DNA of 38,969 bases, taken from Chitinophagaceae bacterium (GTDB lineage Bacteria > Bacteroidota > Bacteroidia > Chitinophagales > Chitinophagaceae). The first letter of the stretch is position 1. The number at the start of each line of letters is the position of its first letter. Where the stretch lies: assembly GCA_044349815.1 (NCBI GenBank), contig JBIKQE010000001.1:1-38969 (forward strand), written 5' to 3'. The notes below the pieces were generated by a model that saw nothing but the letters and a program-made list of their open reading frames with translations, was not told the DNA's origin and searched no databases. Positions 17,350 through 25,302 of this stretch are shown here, piece after piece. The translations under genes and the position numbers were made by a program.

Positions 17350-17391
17350 TTACATTTGCAATCAAATTTTACATTTAAATTTATTACATTT
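17350..17391 (+). promoter_or_regulatory. Three direct TTACATTT repeats; the first forms a perfect TAnnTTTG -7 box (TACATTTG, 17351-17358)
   Basis: TTACATTT at 17350, 17369 and 17384, 29-70 nt upstream of the ORF C start codon. Confidence 0.35.
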
Positions 17392-17419
17392 ACAAAGGCG
17401 TCATAAAGAACCTCTTTTT

Positions 17420-17947
17420 ATGCTAGCAATAAATACATACAATTCTTTTGACAATAATTTGACCAATGCGAAAGCAGTTGTTGGTTTGGAGTTGCTATAC
17501 GAAAGTTTTAGAAAACAAGTCGGAAAGTTTTTTATACTAATGGTGGTTTGTTTAGTATGTCTACCTTTTTTGTTACTATTTGGTTTATGGTTACAAACCA
17601 AACGTAAGAGTTTTCAAAAACACATGAAAAGAGATGTTAAATCATTTAGAAATTATAGTGAATACCAAGAATTTAAAGAGTATTTATCAAAATTAGATAA
17701 CCTAATGCCCTCATTAAATAAGGTAAATAAATATAATCTTAAAAAGGTTCCATTTCCTTTTAAATATACTTTAACTCAAATGCAGAAAATGGCATCAACA
17801 ATTGTTACTTATAACGATTGGCAAAAAAGTAGGCTAAATAGTCTGAACGATGAACAATTTAAAAGCAATGGTAGTCAAGTATTCAAGCATATTTCAGAGA
17901 GAGAATTATGGAATAATAGGAACCAAGCTTACCAATATTGGTTTTAG
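17420..17947 (+). CDS. Island ORF C: 175-aa single-pass membrane protein of unknown function
   Basis: One strongly hydrophobic helix (FFILMVVCLVCLPFLLLFGLWL), followed by a basic stretch (KRKSFQKHMKRDVK) and a ~110-aa Lys/Asn-rich domain. No motif I recognise. Confidence 0.45.
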   Translation: MLAINTYNSFDNNLTNAKAVVGLELLYESFRKQVGKFFILMVVCLVCLPFLLLFGLWLQTKRKSFQKHMKRDVKSFRNYSEYQEFKEYLSKLDNLMPSLNKVNKYNLKKVPFPFKYTLTQMQKMASTIVTYNDWQKSRLNSLNDEQFKSNGSQVFKHISERELWNNRNQAYQYWF

Positions 17948-17950
17948 ATA

Positions 17951-18463
17951 ATGTTTATATCGTTCTACGTTTTTTCAAAACTAAATTTTGTTACAAAAAA
18001 AATTGGTGATGATGTTCTCATTGAACACACCTATGCTTTTAGAGGTAAAACAGGTAAAAGGTATATCGTTACCGTTGAACAATATGACTATTCAATACAT
18101 ATTATAAAATTTTGTTTACAAGAAAGAAAGATTTATTCAGATAGATTTAATCAATTGACACATCTCAATGAATGTAGTAGGGTTCTTACAACAATAGGTG
18201 AAATAATGAAACATGTTCTTAAGAAAAACCCATTTGCATCATTTGGTTTTGTTGGTACAAACTTACCTGTTGAGGAAAAAAATAATACAAAACGTTTTAA
18301 ACTATACAGAAGGGTGGTTAGTCAAATTATTTCTCCTGTTGCATTTGAGCATAAATATTCACAAAGGCATAGCGCATATTTACTTCTAAATAGGAATAAT
18401 CAAGAGATTGATTTATTGAATAAAGTAACTGTTATGTTTGAAAGAATTTACTTATTACAGTAA
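17951..18463 (+). CDS. Island ORF D: 170-aa soluble protein of unknown function, translationally coupled to ORF C
   Basis: It starts 3 nt after the ORF C stop codon. No TM helix or signal peptide and no motif I recognise. Same AT-rich composition. Confidence 0.45.
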   Translation: MFISFYVFSKLNFVTKKIGDDVLIEHTYAFRGKTGKRYIVTVEQYDYSIHIIKFCLQERKIYSDRFNQLTHLNECSRVLTTIGEIMKHVLKKNPFASFGFVGTNLPVEEKNNTKRFKLYRRVVSQIISPVAFEHKYSQRHSAYLLLNRNNQEIDLLNKVTVMFERIYLLQ

Positions 18464-18712
18464 TTTTTTTTTTAATTTAAGTTATTGTTTTCTCAAGTTT
18501 GGTTTTTCTATTATCTGGTGTTCCACATTCGGTGAAGTGAATTCGTTTAAAAGTGTTATGCTATTGAGTTTAGAATAACGTCTTGTTGTCTGTGTGCTTA
18601 TGCCCAATTTCAATTACAGGTACTTTAGTGCTCTGTGTAATTAAGTTTTCACAACATCGTCAATTTTCTATAGATAGTTGTGCTAACATCCTTTTAATCT
18701 AGCAAATCAAGT

Positions 18713-18965
18713 AAACCCCGCAACATCCTCGCCCACTCCATTTTTATATAGACAACGCAATTGAGGCGAGAAACGATGCGGAGAAGATAGGATGTGACAC
18801 AAACCACGTGTGAAAATGTTGTTTCGTTTGCTGAAGAAAGAAGAAGGCGCTGATCCGCCTCAGGCGGATAGCCCCGATTGAAACGGATAGCTCCGCGTTC
18901 CGCAGGACGCGGACTAGGAGTGGAAAGCGGGAAGAAGCTGACGAAAGCGATGCTGATGCGCTTCG
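18713..18965. repeat. GC-rich mosaic repeat, copy 3 (right flank of the AT-rich island)
   Basis: cctcgcccactcc at 18728-18740. Perfect hairpins atccgcc-tca-ggcggat (18853-18869) and tccgcgt-tccgcagg-acgcgga (18892-18913). The central word agccccgattgaaacggatagc is the reverse complement of gctatccgtttcaatcggggct, which matches 18 of 22 positions with gctttccattgccatcggggct at 37.9 kb. Confidence 0.55.
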
Positions 18966-18971
18966 AAAAAA

Positions 18972-20246
18972 TTAAATGGTTTCGAGGCTGATGGTGTTTA
19001 CTTTGGTAGCGTCGAATGGGCGTGTTAGTTTGATGTAGTTGTCGGTATAGCCTTCCATGCTGCCGTCTTTTTGGGCGTGTTCGAAGAGGGTTGGGCGCGT
19101 TTCGCTGCGGTGTTCTTCGGTGAACAAGTTCATTTTCTTTTCCGATAAATCGCGGAGACGGGCATTGCGCATTTTGCGTTCGTGAACAGGCACTGCGCCG
19201 GGCATGCTGGCCGCCGGTGTGTTTTCGCGTTCCGAGTACGTGAATACGTGCAAGTAGGAAATGGGCAGTTGGTGGAGGAAATCGAAGGTGTCGTGAAAAT
19301 GCGCTTCGGTTTCGCCGGGGAAGCCCACAATCACATCGACACCAATGCAAGCGTGGGGCATTTTTTCTTTGATGAGGGCCACGCGTTCGGCATATAATTC
19401 GCGGCGATAACGACGGCGCATGGCGGCTAGCATTTCGTTGTTGCCGCTTTGCAAGGGCATATGAAAGTGCGGCATGAAACGCTTAGAAAGGCTGATATAT
19501 TCGATGAGTTCGGGGTGTAATAAATTAGGTTCGATGGAGGAAATGCGAAAGCGCGGCATGTGGCTTTGCGTTTCGAGCGCCTTCACTAATTCAAAAAAAT
19601 CTTCGTTGTGTTTGCGGTTGCCTTGATGTCCTTTGCCAAAATCGCCGAGGTTGACGCCGGTTAATACAATTTCTTGCACGCCCGATTGGTGGAGTTCGTG
19701 CACATTGTTGAGAACGCCTTGTACGGTATCGCTGCGGCTGTGTCCGCGAGCGAGGGGAATAGTGCAAAAGGTGCAGGAATAATCGCAACCGTCTTGTACT
19801 TTTAAAAAGGTGCGTGTTCGGTCGTTCATTGAAAAGGAGGCGTTGAAACCTTGCACCGATTCAATATCGCAGCTGTACACTTGGGCTTTGTTGCCGGGTT
19901 GAAATTGCTTGAGGTGTTCGGCAATATTGTATTTTTCGCCGGTGCCAATCACCATATCCACGCCGTCCATGTTGGCAATTTGGTCGGGTTTAAGTTGGGC
20001 GTAACAACCGGTAATAACCACGGTGGCATCCGGGTTTTGTCGTTTCACTTTTCTAATGAGTTGCCTGCATTCTTTATCGGCATTATCGGTTACCGAGCAG
20101 GTGTTGATTACATACACATCGGCGGGCTGTTGGAAATCGGTTTTTTCGTACCCTGCCGTTTCGAGTTGGCGCGATAGGGTGGAGGTTTCGGCGAAGTTTA
20201 ATTTACAACCGAGGGTATGAAACGCGATGGATTTGTTCGATGACAC
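18972..20246 (-). CDS. mtaB: Radical-SAM methylthiotransferase, MtaB-like (tRNA ms2t6A37)
   Basis: N-terminal UPF0004 domain (IAFHTLGCKLNFAETS, VINTCSVT), a radical-SAM CxxxCxxC motif (CDYSCTFCTIPLARG), and a length of about 420 aa. Confidence 0.75.
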   Translation of the reverse strand: MSSNKSIAFHTLGCKLNFAETSTLSRQLETAGYEKTDFQQPADVYVINTCSVTDNADKECRQLIRKVKRQNPDATVVITGCYAQLKPDQIANMDGVDMVIGTGEKYNIAEHLKQFQPGNKAQVYSCDIESVQGFNASFSMNDRTRTFLKVQDGCDYSCTFCTIPLARGHSRSDTVQGVLNNVHELHQSGVQEIVLTGVNLGDFGKGHQGNRKHNEDFFELVKALETQSHMPRFRISSIEPNLLHPELIEYISLSKRFMPHFHMPLQSGNNEMLAAMRRRYRRELYAERVALIKEKMPHACIGVDVIVGFPGETEAHFHDTFDFLHQLPISYLHVFTYSERENTPAASMPGAVPVHERKMRNARLRDLSEKKMNLFTEEHRSETRPTLFEHAQKDGSMEGYTDNYIKLTRPFDATKVNTISLETI

Positions 20247-20272
20247 GGGTGCAAAAGTACGGGCAAATGCTG

Positions 20273-20304
20273 AAAAAAAACCGCCATCGGGTGGGATGGC
20301 GGTT
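20273..20304 (-). terminator. Rho-independent terminator (minus strand)
   Basis: On the minus strand this reads aaccgccatc-ccaccc-gatggcggtt followed by 8 T, 23 nt downstream of the stop codon of the 20327..21076 gene. Confidence 0.7.
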
Positions 20305-20326
20305 CGAATACGTTGAATTGTTCGAA

Positions 20327-21076
20327 TTAGTATAGGCTACCTTGGCGCATATTTTTTTGCCAGCGAATATCGAAGCCGATGCCGGTCATCACCATCCAAT
20401 TGCTTTGCGAAAAGCGTTTGCCATTCATGGGGATGTTGCGGTCGGTTACATATTCGTTGCGGAGGTGATTTACCCCTAAACGCCACATCAGCACTTCGTT
20501 GATACGGAAGGTGCCGTATAATTCCGTCATGATGGTACCATAGCTTTCGCCACCCGGAATTTGGCAGTTGAAGGCGTAAGGTTCGGTGTAATAACGGGTG
20601 CCGGGCGGAACGGGGTCGGTTTCGTAGGAGTGGAAATATCCTTCTTTACGGTCGCCGAAGTTCACGCCTCCAATGTCGGTAGTGAAAATGATATTCACGC
20701 CTTTCTTGACAAAGATTTTTACGGCGAGGTATGCATTAACAGTGTTGGTTTGAATATCCTTCATAAACATCGAGTCGGCTCCGCCGGGGTTAGCGGCACT
20801 TAATACGGCACTTGATGTAGTATAATCGCGGTCTTTCGAAAAGAATAAGTTGCCACGAACACCTGCACCAATGCTAATGGTTTGGCGTTTACGCCCAATG
20901 CCATGCATGTAATGAATGTTGGCGCCAGTGCCCCAATGGGGATTGCCATAATACCCGAAATTGCCGTAAACACCGGCTTCAGCCGTTCTTTTTTTGAGTG
21001 CTTTACGCATGTTTTGTGCCTGAGAGGGCAACCACAAGGCCAGGATGGCCACTACCATGAATAATTTCCTTAACAT
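20327..21076 (-). CDS. Secreted, probably outer-membrane beta-barrel protein of unknown function
   Basis: Signal peptide MLRKLFMVVAILALWLPSQAQ and alternating aromatic/Gly-rich beta-strand-like segments. No catalytic motif. Confidence 0.5.
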   Translation of the reverse strand: MLRKLFMVVAILALWLPSQAQNMRKALKKRTAEAGVYGNFGYYGNPHWGTGANIHYMHGIGRKRQTISIGAGVRGNLFFSKDRDYTTSSAVLSAANPGGADSMFMKDIQTNTVNAYLAVKIFVKKGVNIIFTTDIGGVNFGDRKEGYFHSYETDPVPPGTRYYTEPYAFNCQIPGGESYGTIMTELYGTFRINEVLMWRLGVNHLRNEYVTDRNIPMNGKRFSQSNWMVMTGIGFDIRWQKNMRQGSLY

Positions 21077-21259
21077 CGGGCGTTTCGTTTTCTAAGGTCT
21101 AAAAATAAGCCAGGCTGAAGAGATTTCCAACATTTTTTTAACGAAGGGGCTTTTGAATGAGCTTCGAAGGGGCTTTCTATAGGTTTTATTGATAGTTCTT
21201 CAGTTGAAATGCATCTTGTAGGCTGTTTCGCGCAGGAGTTATAAGCGACCTTTGCGGGT

Positions 21260-21772
21260 ATGAATGCATTTAAAATAATGGCTTGGGGACTTTGCATGGT
21301 ACTCAGCAGCTGTATTCAAGCCCAAAACAAAAAAACATCGGAAATGAAAACGGAACATCCTTATTACCAACCTGGCCGCACGGAGAAACTATCGGTATCG
21401 GATGCGGAATGGAAGAAGGCCTTGTCGCCAGAGCTCTACCGCATTGCGCGACAACAAGGTACCGAATATGCCTTTTCGGGTGAGTATTGGAATTTCTATC
21501 AACAAGGAGTTTATCATTGTGCTGCTTGCGGACAAGCCTTGTTTGAATCGGATGGTAAATTTGAAAGCTCGTGTGGGTGGCCCAGTTTTTTTAAGGCGGT
21601 GAACGATAAAGCTATTCGGTACATACCCGACCATTCGCATGGCATGGATAGAACCGAAGTTCGTTGCGGTTTATGCGATGCGCATTTGGGGCACATTTTT
21701 GATGATGGTCCGCCGCCTACCGGCAAACGCTATTGCATCAATTCAGTAGTGATTCAATTTGAAAAGAAATAA
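21260..21772 (+). CDS. msrB: Peptide-methionine (R)-S-oxide reductase with a lipoprotein signal
   Basis: CAACGQALF..CGWPSF..RTEVRCGLCDAHLGHIFDDGP. The N-terminus MVLSSC is a lipobox. Confidence 0.9.
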   Translation: MNAFKIMAWGLCMVLSSCIQAQNKKTSEMKTEHPYYQPGRTEKLSVSDAEWKKALSPELYRIARQQGTEYAFSGEYWNFYQQGVYHCAACGQALFESDGKFESSCGWPSFFKAVNDKAIRYIPDHSHGMDRTEVRCGLCDAHLGHIFDDGPPPTGKRYCINSVVIQFEKK

Positions 21773-21775
21773 ACA

Positions 21776-22441
21776 ATGGCACAATCTATTTTTTTAATAG
21801 CCTTGCAATGCATGTTAATGGCATGTTCGGGCGGAGAAGGTCAATTACAAAACTCTAAAGTTTACGATACGATGATACACGAAACTAGTCCCTTGGTTGG
21901 GAATATGCAAACCGATACAATCACCTTGGGCGCAGGTTGCTTTTGGTGTGTGGAAGCGCAATTGCAATTGTTGGAAGGCGTAGTGAGTGTGAAGTCGGGG
22001 TATGCCGGTGGTTCAGTTAAAAATCCTTCGTACCGTGAAGTGTGTACCGGTGCAACAGGGCATGCTGAAGTAGTGCAAGTGGTTTACAAGCCTGAGGTTT
22101 TATCGACCGATGCCTTGTTGGCAGCCTTTTGGCAATCGCACGATCCCACGCAATTGAATCGGCAGGGGAATGATGTAGGTACGCAATACCGTTCGGTTAT
22201 TTTTTATCATACCGATGCACAGCGGGTATTGGCGGAAGCATACATTAAGAAATTAAACGATGAAAAGGTGTACGATAAACCGGTGGTAACGCAAGTGCAA
22301 GCGATGCCGGTATTTTATGAAGCGGAAGACTATCATCAAAATTATTATCGTTTGAATAGCGAACAGGGCTATTGCCAATATGTAATTCAGCCCAAGTTGG
22401 AGAAGTTTAAAAAAGTGTTTAAAGACAAGTTGGTACATTAA
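21776..22441 (+). CDS. msrA: Peptide-methionine (S)-S-oxide reductase with a lipoprotein signal
   Basis: GAGCFWCVEA..GYAGG..NPSYREVCTG.TGHAEVVQV..DPTQLNRQGNDVGTQYRS. The N-terminus MLMACSG is a lipobox. Confidence 0.9.
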   Translation: MAQSIFLIALQCMLMACSGGEGQLQNSKVYDTMIHETSPLVGNMQTDTITLGAGCFWCVEAQLQLLEGVVSVKSGYAGGSVKNPSYREVCTGATGHAEVVQVVYKPEVLSTDALLAAFWQSHDPTQLNRQGNDVGTQYRSVIFYHTDAQRVLAEAYIKKLNDEKVYDKPVVTQVQAMPVFYEAEDYHQNYYRLNSEQGYCQYVIQPKLEKFKKVFKDKLVH

Positions 22442-22479
22442 TATTGTTCTTGCTTAGGGAAGTTCAATAACTTTGTGGT

Positions 22480-24591
22480 ATGAACACGCCGGTTGAAACA
22501 CACGTTGATGGAATGACCTGTGGGAATTGTGCGCTCACTATTACAAATTATTTATCGAAGGCGGGAATAAGCGATGCCGTTGCCAATCCGGTTACAGGAA
22601 AAGTAAGTTTCTCGATTGAAGATGCAACCCGTTTGGCCGAAATATATGCCGGTATTGAAAAGTTGGGGTATAAAGTAAAAAGGGCCGAAGGTGAAACTGC
22701 GTCGTCGTCTTTTTTTACGTTGCGACGCATGTGGTTGATATCGATGCTGTGTTGGTTGCCTTTGATGGGACATATGTTTTTTTCGTGGTCGGTGTTGCAC
22801 AATCCGATGGTGCAGTTCTTGTTGTGTTTGCCGGTTTATGTATTAGGAACGTGGCATTTTGGAAGAAGCGCATTGCGTTCGATTCGGAATGGCATTCCCA
22901 ATATGGATGTGTTGATTTTTATTGGCAGTACTGCGGCCTTTTTTTATAGTATTGCCGGTTGGATATTGTACCCCGACCATGTGCATCATTATTTATTTTT
23001 CGAAACCACAGCGTCTATCATTACGTTGATATTGACGGGTAATTTGTTGGAAGAAATTACCATGCGGCAAACGGGGGCTTCGATGACAGCCCTTTTGCAA
23101 TACCGCGAAGTAAAAGCCCGTATTGTATTTACCGATAGCATTGGTAAAGAAACCATACAAGAAGTTGATAATCAGTTTGTAAAGGTGAACGACATCTTGC
23201 AAGTGAATACCGGCGATCGGATTCCGGTGGATGGGGTTTTAGTACGCGGCGATGCTTTGGTAGATGAAAGTATGATGACGGGTGAAAGTTTACCCATCAC
23301 CAAACAGCTTGGCGATACATTGGTGGGAGGAACGCTCTTAACGGAGGGTGCTTTGCGTATGCAAGTGAGTGCGGTGGGTGAATCAACCGCTTTGTGGCGT
23401 ATTATTCAAATGGTGAATGAAGCCCAAGCGGCGAAGTCGCCCCTGCAACGATTAGCCGATAAAATATCGGCCATTTTTGTGCCCGTGGTTATTGGCATTG
23501 CCTTGTTGACTTTTGTGCTTTCTTTCATGGTAGGGCATCTGCCGATACAGGAAAGCATTATGCGTGCCGTGGCGGTATTGGTAGTTGCTTGTCCTTGCGC
23601 TATGGGTTTGGCCACACCGGCAGCCGTCATGGTAGGCATGGGGCGTGCGGCTCGAATGGGGATATTGATGAAAGGGGGCGATGTGTTGCAAAAGTGTGGC
23701 GATATTCGCACGGTGGTATTCGATAAAACGGGTACACTCACAACAGGCGATTTAGAAATAGCAGATTTTTATACGGAATTACCCGAGGCCGTTTTTAAAG
23801 AGATTGTAAGCACCCTTGAAAGTCATTCGTCGCACCCCATTGCGAAGGCCTTAACCAAGGCATGGCCCGAGCAAGCGCGTATTGATTGGCAATCGGTACA
23901 AGAAAAAAAAGGGATTGGTATGGTGGGTGTGAGTGCTGAAGGTATTCGTTGGCAAATTGGTTCGTACCGTTGTTTGCCTTCTGCCATTCCCGAAGAGCAA
24001 CGCCATGATATTTATGTGTTACGTATGGGTGAACAAGTAGGTTGGATCGATTTAAAAGATGCCTTGCGGCCTGATGTGCCTTCGCTTGTTCAAGGCTTAT
24101 TGGCCAAGGGTATGAAGGTGGTGATGTTGAGTGGCGACAGGGCAACTAAATGCGAACAGGTAGCTGCGGAGGCTGGAATAAGTTTAGTTCATAGCGATTG
24201 TTTGCCGGAAGATAAACTGCGAATTTTAAAAACATATATGAACGAACAACCCGTTGCCATGGTGGGCGATGGCATAAACGATGCACCCGCGTTGGCCACG
24301 GCATCGGTTGGTATTTCGTTGAGCGATGCAACGCAAATTGCGATGCAACAAGCCGGGGTTGTTTTAATCAATAATCAAATTAGCACCTTGCCCTTGGCGC
24401 TGTCGCTAGGGCATCATACCTATATTACCATTCGTCAGAATTTGTTTTGGGCTTTTTTTTACAATGTAATTTCTATACCGGTGGCGGCCTTGGGAGGCTT
24501 AACGCCGGGTTGGGCGGCGGCTATTATGGGACTAAGCGATGTTATTCTAATTGCTAATTCCATTCGCTTGCGGTATAAAAAGCTGTCTTGA
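22480..24591 (+). CDS. Heavy-metal (Cu+-type) translocating P1B-type ATPase
   Basis: An HMA domain (GMTCGNCA), the CPC transport motif (VACPCAMGLATP), the phosphorylation site DKTGTLT, and the hinge VGDGINDAPAL. Confidence 0.9.
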   Translation: MNTPVETHVDGMTCGNCALTITNYLSKAGISDAVANPVTGKVSFSIEDATRLAEIYAGIEKLGYKVKRAEGETASSSFFTLRRMWLISMLCWLPLMGHMFFSWSVLHNPMVQFLLCLPVYVLGTWHFGRSALRSIRNGIPNMDVLIFIGSTAAFFYSIAGWILYPDHVHHYLFFETTASIITLILTGNLLEEITMRQTGASMTALLQYREVKARIVFTDSIGKETIQEVDNQFVKVNDILQVNTGDRIPVDGVLVRGDALVDESMMTGESLPITKQLGDTLVGGTLLTEGALRMQVSAVGESTALWRIIQMVNEAQAAKSPLQRLADKISAIFVPVVIGIALLTFVLSFMVGHLPIQESIMRAVAVLVVACPCAMGLATPAAVMVGMGRAARMGILMKGGDVLQKCGDIRTVVFDKTGTLTTGDLEIADFYTELPEAVFKEIVSTLESHSSHPIAKALTKAWPEQARIDWQSVQEKKGIGMVGVSAEGIRWQIGSYRCLPSAIPEEQRHDIYVLRMGEQVGWIDLKDALRPDVPSLVQGLLAKGMKVVMLSGDRATKCEQVAAEAGISLVHSDCLPEDKLRILKTYMNEQPVAMVGDGINDAPALATASVGISLSDATQIAMQQAGVVLINNQISTLPLALSLGHHTYITIRQNLFWAFFYNVISIPVAALGGLTPGWAAAIMGLSDVILIANSIRLRYKKLS

Positions 24592-24658
24592 ATCAAGTGT
24601 TTTATTGATTGAATTGGTCTATTTTTGCCACATCTTTCAAAGGTTAAAGACAATAATT

Positions 24659-25249
24659 ATGAATTTACAAATGCGTATTTTATGTATGATGGTGCTGGTA
24701 ATGAGCACATCGCTATGGGCATCGGCCCAAAAGAAAACCACCCTTAAAAAAGAAAAGGTGTACAAGCACACCCTCGCATTTCATCCGTTGCATGTAAATG
24801 CCGATAATTTTATTGGAGTGGGTTTTAGTTATGAGCGTGCTGTTAATGCCAATTTCGGCATTAAAATTCCCATGATGGTTTCTTTGAATCAGCCCTATGT
24901 TAACTTAGGGGTTTCGGCCAAATTTTATCCCCGCAAAAATAGTAACGATGCCGTTTCGTATGCTATTGCGCCAACCTTATATGCGGGCAAGGGCCAAGAT
25001 CGTAATCAAATTTTTACGTTCGATCCTGTTACAGGGCAATCGGTGTTGACCATTGAAAAAACACCCCGTACGCAAATTGGTTTCTTGTTGAATCATTCGT
25101 TGAATGTGCATGTTGCCGAACAAGTTTATTTAGGCTTAGATGGGGGCATTGGAATCAATTACTACGATAATAAAGCCTTTCGCGATAATACTAACACGAA
25201 TCTTTCGTTCGCTGCCCAATTTCACATGGCCATTGGGTATCGATTTTAA
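24659..25249 (+). CDS. Small outer-membrane beta-barrel-like protein
   Basis: The ATG at 24659 gives the signal peptide MNLQMRILCMMVLVMSTSLWASAQ. The C-terminus ends HMAIGYRF, with the terminal Phe typical of OMPs. The track start at 24551 overlaps the ATPase gene. Confidence 0.55.
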   Translation: MNLQMRILCMMVLVMSTSLWASAQKKTTLKKEKVYKHTLAFHPLHVNADNFIGVGFSYERAVNANFGIKIPMMVSLNQPYVNLGVSAKFYPRKNSNDAVSYAIAPTLYAGKGQDRNQIFTFDPVTGQSVLTIEKTPRTQIGFLLNHSLNVHVAEQVYLGLDGGIGINYYDNKAFRDNTNTNLSFAAQFHMAIGYRF

Positions 25250-25268
25250 TTCAATAATTTTAAATTGG

Positions 25269-25296
25269 ATGCCGGTTTAATGCCGGCATTTTTTTT
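25269..25296. terminator. Hairpin + T-tract between convergent genes
   Basis: atgccgg-tttaatg-ccggcat followed by tttttttt. Confidence 0.55.
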
Positions 25297-25302
25297 GCCT
25301 CA

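Noticed and set aside
14750-18965. Interpreting the GC-rich flanking repeats as integron attC sites and the island as a gene cassette.
   Set aside because: There is no integron integrase. The cargo is four genes with internal promoters, and the elements are not single imperfect palindromes with RYYYAAC/GTTRRRY ends. The one GTTGAGT match at 14901 is expected by chance.
18694-19350. A 218-aa minus-strand ORF in the track, spanning repeat copy 3 and the 3' part of mtaB.
   Set aside because: It overlaps the well-supported mtaB frame. It is Arg/Pro/His-rich with no motif, and its C-terminal part is simply a read-through of the GC-rich repeat. It is a spurious frame.
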